The notes beneath the pieces were generated by a model. The model ran no database searches. It was given only the letters and a program-made list of their open reading frames with translations, and was not told the origin of the DNA. A DNA stretch of 64,000 nucleotides, taken from positions 21,886,001 to 21,950,000 of the forward strand of contig OX597814.1 in assembly GCA_951406725.2 (NCBI GenBank), read 5' to 3'. Position numbers and translations under genes: made by a program. Positions 1-13,721 of this stretch are shown one piece after another; positions within the stretch are counted from its first letter, which is position 1, and each line of letters starts with the position of its first letter. Source of the stretch: Octopus vulgaris. Taxonomy: Eukaryota.

Positions 1-1463
1 TGCCTTAATGTTTGTTGCCTTCTTTAACAATTATATAGCATTATGATCATCATAATCCTCATCATTTAGTGTCCACTTTCCATGCTGGCATGGGTTAGAC
101 AGTTTGACTGGTACTGGTAAACTGGAGAGCTTTACCTGGCCCTCGTCTGATTTGGCTTGGTTTCAATGGCTGGATGCCCTTCCTAGTACCAATATATATG
201 GATATGTCTCTAGCAAACAGTCTTCAATACTCCTTGCCTCATCTTCCATTCTCCTCTTTCTTCTTCATAGATATTTTCTATTACTTTTTTTTAATAGCCA
301 AGTAGAAGGAAGGCCAGTATCCATGGCTCTTTGAAGGACTTCTATGAAAATGTTATAGCAGAATGGATAAAGAAAAGAAATTATCTTCAGACCAGAGGCC
401 TGGCCCAAATGCCTTCATGGACTTCATTCAACAAGTCTCCATTCAAATGTCATCTTTCATACATATCACATCCATCTCTATAACCAATACAGTATTTTAT
501 CTTTCACACTGCCCCATAAAAGTGTTAATACCCATTCTTTCTCTCTCATTTAATTTATAGTTCACCATTCATGTCTGCTGACAATGTATTTGCTTATAAA
601 AATGTATATGCATATATATATGTAAAAAGCACTGTTGATGGTGCTACATGAATAACATGTGGTACACTCTATAAAGTGGTTGGCATTAGGAAAGGTATCC
701 AGCCATAGAAACAAAGCCCAAAACAGACTTTGGAACCTGGTATGGCTCCTGGCCTTCCTAGCTCCTGTCAAATCATCCAAACTATGCCAGCATGGAAAAC
801 AGACTTTAAGTGATGATGATGATGATGATTTGTGCATTGGTACATACTGGTTTCATTCTATTCCAGTCTTTCTGTATCCTCCAAATTCAATGCTCATTTC
901 TCCCATACAGTTTTTCATTCAATGAGAAAAACCATCTCTGGCCATCAGAGATCATAGTTCGCTAAATGTTTACCCTTCATTTTCTAACACTAGACACTGC
1001 TTTTGCTGCACCAACATCTCCACTCCCACTCACACACTTATGCACACTGCAGATTTGGTCACCCTGAAAACAGAAACTGTTGAATACATCACCCACCTAG
1101 TCTTTTGAGCTCTTTTATGATGGCATTTCATGGGTGCTTCCATGCCTAGCTACTCTTGAGCATCTATTACATCTGTAGTTCTTCATTTCTGTTAGCTTAC
1201 CTGAGACACAACTGCACCACTTGTGCACCTGCAGTTTACATTGGATATGGAGTGGAGAGTTCTTCTGCAAGTGAAAATATTTTTAAAAAATGATTATAAT
1301 TTTTAAATAATGATAATTTTAAAAAGTGATAATAAAAGGAACACAAACTATTTTTATGCAGCCAAACTTTTTTTTGTTTTTTTCCTTTTGTATTTTAAGA
1401 GTTTATGGTACAGAATTTCACTGAAGTTTATTTTTCTTTTTCTTTTTTTTTTTCTGTTTTTAG

Positions 1464-1604
1464 CAAATGCTTTCAGTAAATACTCAAAAATTAATGACGT
1501 ACCTGGGGGTTCTGATAAAGGAGATGCTGCTCGAGGAGAAATCATTGCAGATATTACTACCACATTCATGGTGTTGCTAGCTATTTATTTCCCATCAGTC
1601 ACTG
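1464..1604 (+). CDS. KCC: KCC exon ([15 protein letters not shown]...[11 protein letters not shown]; TM6)
   Basis: Polypyrimidine tract then TAG|CA; donor G|GTATGT; FPSVTG motif. Confidence 0.9.
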
Positions 1605-3029
1605 GTATGTATTTCTTTCATATGTATCACAATTAACTTTTAAATTAATTCTATGCAGCTTAAAAAAAAAAAGAGTAAAAATTATATTTCTTGAAGGGAA
1701 AGTGTTATGGGTGACAGAATTTTAAATTAACTAAATAATTATTGTCGTTACTTTGATTTATAGCTGTGAAACATAAAAATGAGAAATAAGGGAGACTTGA
1801 GATTTTTAGTTTATATTCTATAACTTTGTGGAGGCGCAAAGGCCCAGTGGTTAGGGCAGAGGATTCGTAGTCGGAGGATTATGGTTTTGATTCCCAGACC
1901 AGGTGTTCTGTGTGTTTATTGAGCGAAAACACCTAAAGCTCCACGAGGCTCCGGCAGGGGAGTTGGCGACCCCTGTTGTACTCTTTCGCCCCAACTTTCT
2001 CTCACTCTTTCTTCCTGTTTCTTGAGTAACGCTGCAATGGACTGGCATCCCGTCCAGCTGGGGGGAATACATACGCTACAGAAACCGGGCTCATGAGCCT
2101 GGATAGGCTTGAAAAGGGCACATAAATAATAAAATAATAAAAATTCTATAACTTTAATTTATTTCTGATGGTGGGGCTTGAAGTTGAGAAGACTATAAAT
2201 AATGGTTTCAAATTTTGGCACAAGGCCAGCAAGTTCAGGTGAGTGGGTAAGTTGATTATATCAATCCCAGTGATCAACTGATACTCATTTTATAAACCCC
2301 AAAACGACAAAAGGCAAAGTTGACCTCGGTGGAATTTGAGCTCAGAACATAAAAGCAGATGAAAGGCTACTAAGTATTTTGCCTGGTGTGCTAACAGTTC
2401 TGCCAGCTCACCACCTTAACCCTTTAGTATTCAGATTTCTCTGTCAAATGTACCCCTTATTCATTCACATTGATTTGAATTACCTTGTAGCTTTGAGATT
2501 TTAATGATGTAATTGATTATTTTTAGACTAATATTGTAGAGTAAATGTGAGAAGCCAAGTTTGGCCAGTTTGAAGATAAAACTGGTAGATTATTAGGGCT
2601 GCATATATTAGAATATAACTAAACACCACAAGGTACCTGGTATTTTTCTCAATTCTGCCAGTCTATAATAATAATTTCTAATATAGTCACAATGTCACAA
2701 AGTTTACCCCAGTACTTGACTGGTACTTTATGAATGAAAGATAAAGCTGAAGAATGAAAGGTGAAGTTGTAGATTTACATCATAAAAATTCAGAAACTTT
2801 GAGAGCTGTAAAATAATGGTATTATTTATAACATTTAAGGTTATAAACAATAGCATGTAAACATTAGATGCAGGAGTGGCTGTGTGGTAAGTAGCTTGTT
2901 TACCAACCTCATGGTTCCGGGTTCATTCCCATTGCGTGGCACCTTGGGCAAGTGTCTTCTACTATAGCCTCGGGCCGACCAAAGCCTTGGTGAGTGGATT
3001 TGGCAGACGGAAACTGAAAGAAGCCCGTC

Positions 3030-3103
<74 letters not shown>

Positions 3104-4925
3104 TTGTGTTTACCCACTATTATTTATAGCTCTGCTACTTTGAATTCCATGGTTAAAATTGGATTATTTTACATCTCTCAAAGTTTCTGAATTCTTATGA
3201 TGTTACTCTACAACTTCACATTTCATCCTTCAACTTTATCTCTCATTCATAAAGTACCAGTCAAGAACTGGGGTAAATTTAGTGACCTTGTACCTACATT
3301 AGAAATTATTATTATAGATTGTCAGAAAAATGCTAAGTACCTTGTGATGTTTAGTTATATCTTGTAACCTTTTTGAACTGAAATCCTACCAGGTTGGACC
3401 TAGTGTTTCTTCCATTCAAAATCAATAAACTACTGTTCAAATAGAAGGAATCAATCAAACTGATTGTATCCTCTAACAAAATATTTGATCTTGTACCAAT
3501 ATTAGACGTCGGCGTCGGCGGCAACGTTGTTATTATTATTATTATTATCATTAAGGTGGTGAGCTAGCAGAATCATTAGCACATCAGGCAAAATGTTTAG
3601 TGGCATTTCTTTTGTCCTTACGTTTTGAGTTCAAATTCAGCCATGGTTGGCTTTGCCTTTCATCCTTTCAGGGTTAATAAAATAAATACTAGTTGTGTAC
3701 TGGGGTCGATGAGATCAACTGATTCCCTACCTCAATCCTACTGGCCTTGTGTCAAAATTTTAAACCATTATTATTATTAAAGTGACACTGAAATACAAAT
3801 ATACAAAGCCAATTATAACCATCATGACTGCTCATCAGATAAGGGTACATCAGGTACATGCATCGCAACCATATGAGTGCAACATGATAATCTCACTGTT
3901 CTATATTTTAGAGATGAGGAATTATGTACAATATTTACATTAGACAGATAGGTCTCCTCACCTTGTTTGTTGTTACCACATTTCCTGGTGGGTTCAAAAT
4001 TCCACCAGGACACCTGATGAAGGCTGGAGAGTACATCAGCCAAAACGTTGACGACACCTATCTGTCTAATATAAATATGGTGATCTCATATCTAGGTAAA
4101 TGTTATATGACGTTATTGTTACTTTTGTTTTTTAAGGTGGTGCACTGGTAGAATAATTAGTACAGTAGACAAAATGCTTAGCAACATTTCATCCATCTTT
4201 ACATTCTCAGTTCAAATTTCACCAAGAGGATCAATAAATTAAGTACCAGTGAAACACTGGGTTTAATGTAATCAACTAGTCTTCTCCTCCAAAAATTTCA
4301 GACCTTGTGTCTATAGTAGAAAGGATTATTATTATTGTTGCTGTTATTGTTGTTATTATTATTATTGAGTGAAAGAGCAGTGCATGCCATCAAAGTGACA
4401 CTGGGGTAAAATATACGAAGCCCAGTATGCCCATTATGACAACTCATCTGATAAGGGTACACTAGGCACATGCATCACAACCATAAGTGCGCAACATGGT
4501 GATCTCATATCAAGATAAACAGCACATGACCTTGCAGGTGGGGCCCAATTAAAATTTTGTTCTGGTTGAGTAACCCATCCTGCTCAAAAGGTCCCTGAAT
4601 AAGGGTTGTTTAAGGATGTTGAATGAAACACCCATGTTTCCAGAGATGAATTATTCAAACCCCAAAGAATCTCTCTCAACACATGGCTATGATGTTCCCC
4701 CACTACTTCTGCTCATGATCAGAGATGTACATATCGTCAGCCACTAAGGGACATGCTCAACTGGTTACGGTCAAACAACTGACAAGCAAATCTGTGGTAT
4801 TGGGCAGAATATTTGCTGTAGCCCATCTTTTATACCAAGACAAAACAATGTACATGATAACACTTCCAATCAGTTAAGATTAGAAGCCATGAGATCCACT
4901 GTCTGGTACTCCATCAGGGCATTTA

Positions 4926-4968
<43 letters not shown>

Positions 4969-6326
4969 CATTGGTGTTGTTATTACCAATAAAAAATAAA
5001 TACAACCATCTACTCAGAGTAAAATAATTGACCCTTCCATTCCTGTCCCTCCCAAATGCTGTCCATATAACTGATTCTTCCATTCCACTTCAGTGTCTAT
5101 CTTTGTGTTTGTTTAGAAATCAATACTTTTGGTATGCAATATTAATGTTGCAAAAAGCTCATCAATTAATCAAAATTCTACAGTATTACCCTCTGGCAGC
5201 ATATGAACTACATTATTGTAGCTTCAATAATATTTAATATTCTTCTTCTAGAATTGTGTTAGCGTTAAATAGTCTCTTATATAAGGAAACAAATGCTTTA
5301 CACATGCGCACATACATACAAATACACTTACATTGAGGTACTTCTCATTAAAGACATATATTCATTACATTTATCTGAGCACAGACATACACAAAGCATT
5401 TACATATGTGCATACAAGCTTCCATTCACACACAAACATATAAGTTATTGGAGATAGTCATTCATAAGCAGCATGATGCTAGGTGCCTATATGTGGTTAC
5501 TTGGTATGCTCCCTCAAATTGGATCCTACCATCTTAAAGAAGGTAAAGCAAATTAGATAAAACATGTAATAATAAATCTCTGAACGAGGTATAAACAGTA
5601 GCTGCACGACAATGTGAGGTATATTTGCCACTTAAATGTGGCTAACCACTAAGGGTCGATGCTACTATAGCTTGTAGCTCCAGGAGAACATCTCCAGCTG
5701 GCTATTGACACACTTTCTGTGCCCTATAGGTACAAAGCCTAAATTTAGTGGAGAAGAGTAAATCAATTACTGCAATCCCAGTGCTTGCCTGGATAAATTA
5801 CTTAGCAGCATTTTTTCCAGCATGCTAACAAACAATTTTGCCAACTTGTTGCTTTCATCATCATCATCATCATCATCATCATTTAGCGTCCGTTTTCCAT
5901 GCTAGCATGGGTTGGACGGTTCAACTGGGGTCTGGGGAGCCCGAAGGCTGCACCAGGCCAGTCAGATCTGGCAGTGTTTCTACAGCTGGATGCCCTTCCT
6001 AACGCCAACCACTCCGAGAGTGTAGTGGGTGATTTTATGTGCCACCGACACAGGTGCCAGTCGAGGCTGGCGAACGGCCACGCTCGGATGGTGTTTTTAT
6101 GTGCCACCGACACAGGTGCCAGTCGAGGCTGGCGAACGGCCACGCTCGGATGGTGTTTTTATGTGCCACCGACACAGGTGCCAGTCGAGGCTGGCGAACG
6201 GCCACGCTCGGATGGTGTTTTTATGTGCCACCGACACAGGTGCCAGATGAGGCTGGCGGACGGCCACGATCGGATGGTGTTTGTTACGTCCCCAAAGCAC
6301 GGAGAATAATAACAATAATAATAATT

Positions 6327-6359
<33 letters not shown>

Positions 6360-6679
6360 TAATAATAATCCTTCCTACTAAAGGCACAAGGCCTGTAATT
6401 TGGAGGAAGGAACAGTCAATTTCATCAACCCCAGTGCATAACTGGTACTTATTTCATCGACCCTGAAAGGATGAAAGGCAAAGTCAACCTCGGTGAAATT
6501 TGAACTCAGAGTGTAAGGGTGGACGAAATGCTGCTAAGTATTTTGTCTAGCAGTCTTAACAATTTTGCCAGCTCAATACCTTAAAATAATAATGATGATG
6601 ATCTCTTTAATTTACCACCATGGTGAAGGATGAGAGCAATACAAAGATAGGCATCAAGTTTACAAATAATGAAGTGAGA

Positions 6680-6735
<56 letters not shown>

Positions 6736-8692
6736 AAAGTGAGCTTGAATCTTGCTTGCCTGCTTGCAATGTTACCCAGCCAAGCTGGTGCATAATTGGA
6801 AAAATACTATGAATTAAGTTTCCCCTGAAATGTGAATACAAATGGAATAAAACAAGTTTTGCATAAATCAGACCACTGGTTATTGAGATATTAAGGGTTT
6901 TCAGGGTATAAATAACCAAAACAGTGCATAATGGGAAAATTCTCCAAAAATAACTTAACCCTGAAAAGGAAGAAACTCTTACCTTTTGATTAGACACAGT
7001 GACTTGACAACAAGAAAATACAATTTGTTTTTTACAGTAAATGTTTCTATTTTCACTTTTGTTAAATGCAATATTTTAATCATTTAGAAATATTTCTAAG
7101 TGAATGTGATTTCAAAAATGTAAGTTGTTTGTACAGTATTTATATTTTAGCTTTCTTTAAACAGACAATATTTTAGTGTTTTTTTTAATTATTTTCAAGT
7201 GAATACCAATTACAAAAATTTTTTTGGCATATCTAAAAAATATTTTAAAGTGAAAATGACTTTAAAAAATATGATAAATATTTTGTAGAAAATCTGTTCA
7301 TAACCTCACTGTGAAATAATTTTTTTCCATAGGTTTTTTTAAGTGCATTCAATATATCTCACCTCCAAAGATTTGGTTGCTATTTCTAGCACGCCCTGCT
7401 ACCACATAATAGCTATTTGTAATGAAGAACCCAAAATACTTGTTACGAGGTAGCAGGGCATGCAAGAAATAACAGCCAAATATTTTCCTTTTCTGTGGAA
7501 AAGAACAGTTTACACGTAATTTCAATGTCACATTAGTTGAAAGCATGTAAAATAACCTGGAAAAGGAAAAAAACCTATGAAACAAAATTCTGTTGCTGGG
7601 AAACTCAGACTTTCCTGGTGACCCAATGGGTCACAAGTAGTCTAGTAAATATATATAAATGTACAGAAAGTACACACAGTATACAATAAGACATGGAAGG
7701 AGAGTATATACAGTATACAATAGTAAAACTAAAATTAATTGTTTCTAATTTTGGCCTAAGAGCAGCAATTTTGAGGGCGAAGCCAAGTAGATTGACCCTA
7801 TTACTTGATTGGTACTTTATTTCATTTCCCACAAAAGGGTGAAAACCAGAGTTGATTTGGGCAGGATTTGAACTCAGACTATAATGAGCCAGATGAAATG
7901 CTTCTAAGCATTTTGTGAGTGGGATATGTCAATTGCATCAACTTCACTACTTGACTGGTACTTTATTTTATCAATCCCCAAAAGACAAAAGGCAAGTTGA
8001 CTTCCGTGGCATTTGAACACAGAACACAAAGAGCTAGAAGAAATGCCACAAGTCTTTTGCCCAGCATGCTAACGATTCTGCCAGCTCACTGCTTTCATGA
8101 GGATAATACCCGTGGACATATTTACAAAGTCAGAAAACAGCACAGCTCCCATGACTTTAGGAAACACTTTTTCATGCTGAGAATTGCTGAAGCATGGAAC
8201 AAACTGCCGGCATCAGTTGTTAGTTGTCGAAGCACTGCATCCTTCAAAACTTCCATGCTTTCTGAGATTCGCCAACACTACACCTGATTTTCTCCCCTCC
8301 ATACACACACAAGCATGTATCTGACTCATACACTGTTCACTTTCCAAACATTTGTACATTACTGCATATACTTTATATGCACTTTTGACAAGTTGTGGTT
8401 CACCTGAGCACTGTATACAATAATTTCATTATTATTATTATAATAATAATGATAAACCAACTGAAACAGAAGTAAAAGATACCACAGACAATAAAATATG
8501 ATGCAATTTTTTTTTGAAAAAGTGTTCTAAGCATGTTTCTAAACATAGTGATTTCTCTTGCAGGTATCATGGCTGGTTCAAATCGTTCCGGAGATTTAGC
8601 TGATGCACAAAAATCAATCCCAACAGGAACTGTGGCTGCTATTATGACCACATCATTAGTCTGTATCCTTTTTTTTAAATTAATGGATTTTG

Positions 8693-8739
<47 letters not shown>

Positions 8740-11700
8740 TACTTGCCAGCCCCACTTGTAATAGTACCATGTAAGAAGCACCTGTGCTGGTGCAGTGTAA
8801 AATGAATCTGTACTGGTTCCAGATAAAAAAAAACATCCATGCCAGTGCCATAAAAAATGTACCCATACCTGTACCACATAAAAAGCACCTGTGCTGGTGC
8901 CATGTAAAAAGCACCCATACTGATGTCATATAAAAAGCATCCAGTACACTCTATAAAGTTGTTGGTATTAGGAGGAGCATTCAACCATAGAAACCATGCA
9001 AAAACAGACAATTGGAGCCTGATGCAGTTCTCTGGCTTGCCAGCTCCTGTCAAACCATCCACCCATACCAGTATGGAAAACAGGTGTTAAATGATGATGA
9101 TGATGATTTACTAGTATCTTATGTAAAGGCAGTTCTTTAGCTGAAATGTTATAACATCAGCATATAGGTGTTTGATCCTGTTTCTTCTAAATTCACATAA
9201 GAATCAACTTTCATCTCTGAAACATATGAACTGGGTACTTTGGCTGAGTATAGCTAAGAAGTTCTCATCCAAACCATGTGGATTCAGGTTCGATCCCACA
9301 GCACAGGACTGGAGACAAGGATATATTCCTAGAGCTCCAGACCAACTAAATCCTTGAGACGGGATGTTCTTTGGATGGGAACTAAAATAAGCCCATCATA
9401 TGCACGTGTTTACATTTTCACTTTACCAAATGTCACAAACTAAAGGCAGTGATAATGTCATTTCCCTGTCAATGTAGGAGTGGCTGTGTGGTAAGTAGCT
9501 TGCTTACCAACCACATGGCTCCGGGTTCAGTCCCACTGCGTGGCACCTTGGGCAAGTGTCTTCTACTTTAGCCTCAGGTCGACCAAAGCCTTGTAAGTGG
9601 ATTTGGTAGACAGAAACTGAAAGAAGCCCATCGTATATATGTATATATATATATATATGTGTATGTATGTATGTGTGTGTGTATATGTTTGTTTTATTTG
9701 TGTTTGTCCCCCCCCCCCCCCACATCACTTGACAACCGATGCTGGTGTGTTTACGTCCCCATAACTTAGCGGTTCGGCAAAAGAGACCGATAGAATAAGT
9801 ACTAGGCTTACAAAAAATAAGTTTTGGGGTCGATTTGCTCAACTAAAGGCGGTGCTCCAGCATGGCCACAGTCAAATGACTGAAACAAGTAAAAGAATAC
9901 TTTTCCACCTTTGAAGGCACATAATATAAAAGATCACTTATTGAAAAACATCTAAAGATTAGCAATAGGAAGTGTGTCTAGCAGTAAAACAATGTCTCAC
10001 CAATACATTCATCTAACCCATGCTAGCATAGAAAAACAAACTTTATTGCAGCTGATTGAGTTAATTATATTTGATTCTGTGTAAAAATTTCCCTTGTCAA
10101 TGTAAAATTTAATAATCTGCATAAAAATCACAAGGTTTAATAGAATGTTAATTAAAACATTTAGAGTAATACTTTCAGAAGTGTGAAGGCTTTGTAAAAA
10201 TGAATTTGCCATAACATCCAATGAACTTTTTTTTATAGTTCCTCTGAGAAATTTATTTGAACTAACAGTTCATTATTATAAATTGCTCATTATATGAGAT
10301 TTTAACAGCTTTTCCAGAGAAATTTTACAGTAACAATTTCAGAAGGAAGAAGAAATAAAAATATGTTTACTGCTTTACTGTGAATGAGATATACGTTCAG
10401 ATAATTTCCAAAATAAATACTTATGTTTAAACCCAGAGCTGAATTTTTGCCAAGCATTTTATAGGCAGCATTTTACTTTCATTTAGAAAATAAAATGTTC
10501 AGTTCAACAAAAAAGTAATAAACAAAAATTTGCCTGCTGTGAAAACAAACCACTGTCAACTCTCTTAACTGCTTAGGTTTCATCAACCACATAATCTTCC
10601 AAATTAAAGTCATGTTTATATGTACTGCTCCTAGCTGGCTTCTTGTCTGGCCAAAATTTTATTCAATATTTCACTTCTTTTTCTATTTTTTTTTTTGTTT
10701 CCTGGATTAAGTAGTTGTACTGTAACCATGTTGGGCCATAGCCTTTATGAGTCTTAGTTGGTTATATTAATCAAAGTACTGTTACTTTACTGAGTCCAGA
10801 CGAAAAAGGACATGAAAGTAAGCTGCGCATAAAATGGCTCTAACCAATATGGGTTGAAATGCCAAAAAGTATTTTCATACAATGCAAAGATTTTCTATCC
10901 TACACTGACATACAACTGAGTTGTGAAGTAGAGGATTGACTTCTTCACAGCTTCATATCAAATTCTGCTTAGACCTTGAAGCCATGGTGGAGTTGCTATG
11001 TATATCTGTGAAGATGTCACACCTCTTGTATTATTGTCACATTCAAACTCAGTTTGCAACACCTTAATAATACATATCAAGCAAGCTGCACAATATATTG
11101 TCTACCAAATACCACAAAATATGATGGAAAATTTGAGGATAGCCTCAAACACATTGAAGAGGTATTAACAAACCTAGATCAGAACATCAACATACTCTTC
11201 TTGGGTGATTTCAACCTCCCACATGTCAAATGGCCAGAAGACCACATCCTCTCTGGGATGTCACTGCATGAACAAAAGCATGTAGCGTCATTATTTGAAC
11301 TTACTAATAAGCTGTTCATGGAACAAGTGATACTCAGGCCAATCAAGGGGAAAACATATTGGACATATGCTTCACAAATAATGTGGACCTTTTCCATGTA
11401 AAGATGACACCAATGACACTCTCAGACTACAAAATTGTTGAACTAACTATGTATGGTACTGTACATATTGTTGGTATTTACTCTATCAGGAGGACTAGAG
11501 CTTTATCCAATCTGAATTTCCATAAGGCAAAATGGGAATCAATCCACAGAGATTTACAAACGAAACTGGTCCAACATTCTGTGAATGCAAGACATTGATC
11601 TGAAACTCAGCCAGTTTATGTCAACAGTGCAAGCTATATGCACTAAATATATCCCAGAAAGAAAGGCCAGCACACTGTCAAACCAGATTCCCAGGGACAG

Positions 11701-13659
11701 AAAATCCTCATGAGATGCAAATCAAAGACCTCAAAGCGGCTGAATAGACAACTGAAAGATAGAGAGAAGTCTCTTAACATGGACCCTCCTAGGAACTGAA
11801 AGCAAGATCAAACTCTCTCATGAAAGGAAAAAAACAAAGAGCAAATGGCTGTGGAAAGCATAAAAACAAATCCCAAAGTTTTCTATAAATTCGCAAAGGA
11901 AACAGCTACAATACAATATAAAATAGAACTTTTGTTCCAAGGGAATGGCTCACTGATGGCAGACCCACGGAGGATAATTGAGATAATTAGTGAACAATTT
12001 AAAAGTGTCTTCATTTCCCCACTTGGACACATGCAGATAAAAAAATACAGCTGAATTCTTTGATATTGCAGCTCTAAAAAAAGGAGACACCAGCCATCAA
12101 TTACATCAACATTGAGGAAACAGATGTAACAGTGTCTATAGATGAAATGAGCTCATGCTCTGCTACTGATCCTGATGGCTTCCCAGCTATTCTCCTAAAG
12201 TCATGTAAGCAGGCTTTAGCGAAACCACTTCAGATACTTTTCCGAAGTTTCCTTGCGTGTGGTATACTTCCTAAAAAGCTGAAAAAAGGTATTATATGTC
12301 CTATCCACAAAGGTGGAAGCATAGCAGAGGCCAAAAACTACTGGCCAATCTCTCTGACTTTGCATATCAGTAAAGTCACGGAGTGAATCATCAGAAGTTG
12401 GTAATGTTCCTAGAAGAAAATGACCTACTGAATAATACTCAGCATTATTGCCAATTATTATTCTTTCATCCAGGAAGAAGCTGACTCACACAGCTCCTAC
12501 AGCACTGTGACTAGGTTTTGAAACAGCTACTTGACCATTCAGATGTCACTGTGATATACATTGACTTTGCAAAGGTATTTGACGAAGTAGATCATGGCAT
12601 GATAAGTCATAAGCTATGAGACCTTGGCATCGCTGGTAAACTAGGAGAGTGACTGCATGACTTCCTGAAAAACAGAAGTCAGGTAGTTGCAGCCAATGGT
12701 GCCCTTTCTGAGGAAACTCAAATCCTAAGTGGTGTCCCCCAGGGAACTGTTCTAGGGCCATTACAATTCATAACAGCCCTCTTAGATATGCCCACAGTCA
12801 CTCAGACAGCCACTGTCGCTAGTTATGCCAATGATACAAAATTATCATAGGCAATAAAAAACCAAGAGGATGTCACAAGTTTACAGTGGAACTTAAACTC
12901 AATATACAAGTGGACTGAAATAAACAATATGCAGTTTAATGCTGGAAAATTACAAGCACTGCTCTATCAACTCACAAATACAGTACAATCTACATTTACA
13001 GGACCCAAAAGCATTACAATCCCAGAGTCACAGGCAGTGAAAGACTTGGGGATCAATATATGCATAAGCTTCCCCTCGCTGGGTTGACATCCACTGATTA
13101 GTTTTGGGCTAGTTGCCCCTTATCAATGTGGAGTAGCCAAACCCAGCAGGCGTTGCTGCTGACTGTCTGTTTGAAGGATTATTTACCTAAATTCAGTGGA
13201 ATACATCCACTGGTTTTCAAAATTAGAAATATTAACATTTCTATATCCATATATATATATATATATATATATAAACTCTTTAAGCTGATGTCCCAGTATG
13301 GCTGCAGTCCAATGAATGAAACAAGCAAAAGATAAATAGTAATAATAATTTTTAAACATTAAACGTACGTCCGTAGGTAACTTAATACAGAATGATTTCC
13401 GTCATTTCTTTCTCTTTTGCCTGCGTCGTTTGTTTTTTAAGTGCTTTGGTTTTACTGGGATCGCCCTTTTAAGTAGAAAGAATAGCCAAAACTTTTTGAC
13501 TGCTATTTCTAAATTCGGAATGTGGTGAGGCAAATCGTTGCTGAACCCTTAATTAATTAGTATTACTTAAACCTTCCTTGAATGGGTCTTTTACATGCCG
13601 AACTCTACTTGGTGAAATTAATGATTATTTCTAAATTAATTAATTTCACCCTATATTAT

Positions 13660-13721
<62 letters not shown>

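Noticed and set aside
1474-1477. Alternative acceptor TTTCAG|T for the first exon
   Set aside because: The TAG at 1461-1463 directly follows the pyrimidine tract and keeps the NAFSKY segment; the alternative cannot be fully excluded without the upstream exon.
1829-1905. tRNA gene candidates (also 2870, 40510, 48907)
   Set aside because: The cloverleaves are degenerate and run on into repeat bodies, so these are SINE heads.
5883-6362. Overlapping repeat ORFs or a CRISPR-like array
   Set aside because: 62-bp units without unique spacers, inside a retroposon in a eukaryotic intron; no cas genes.
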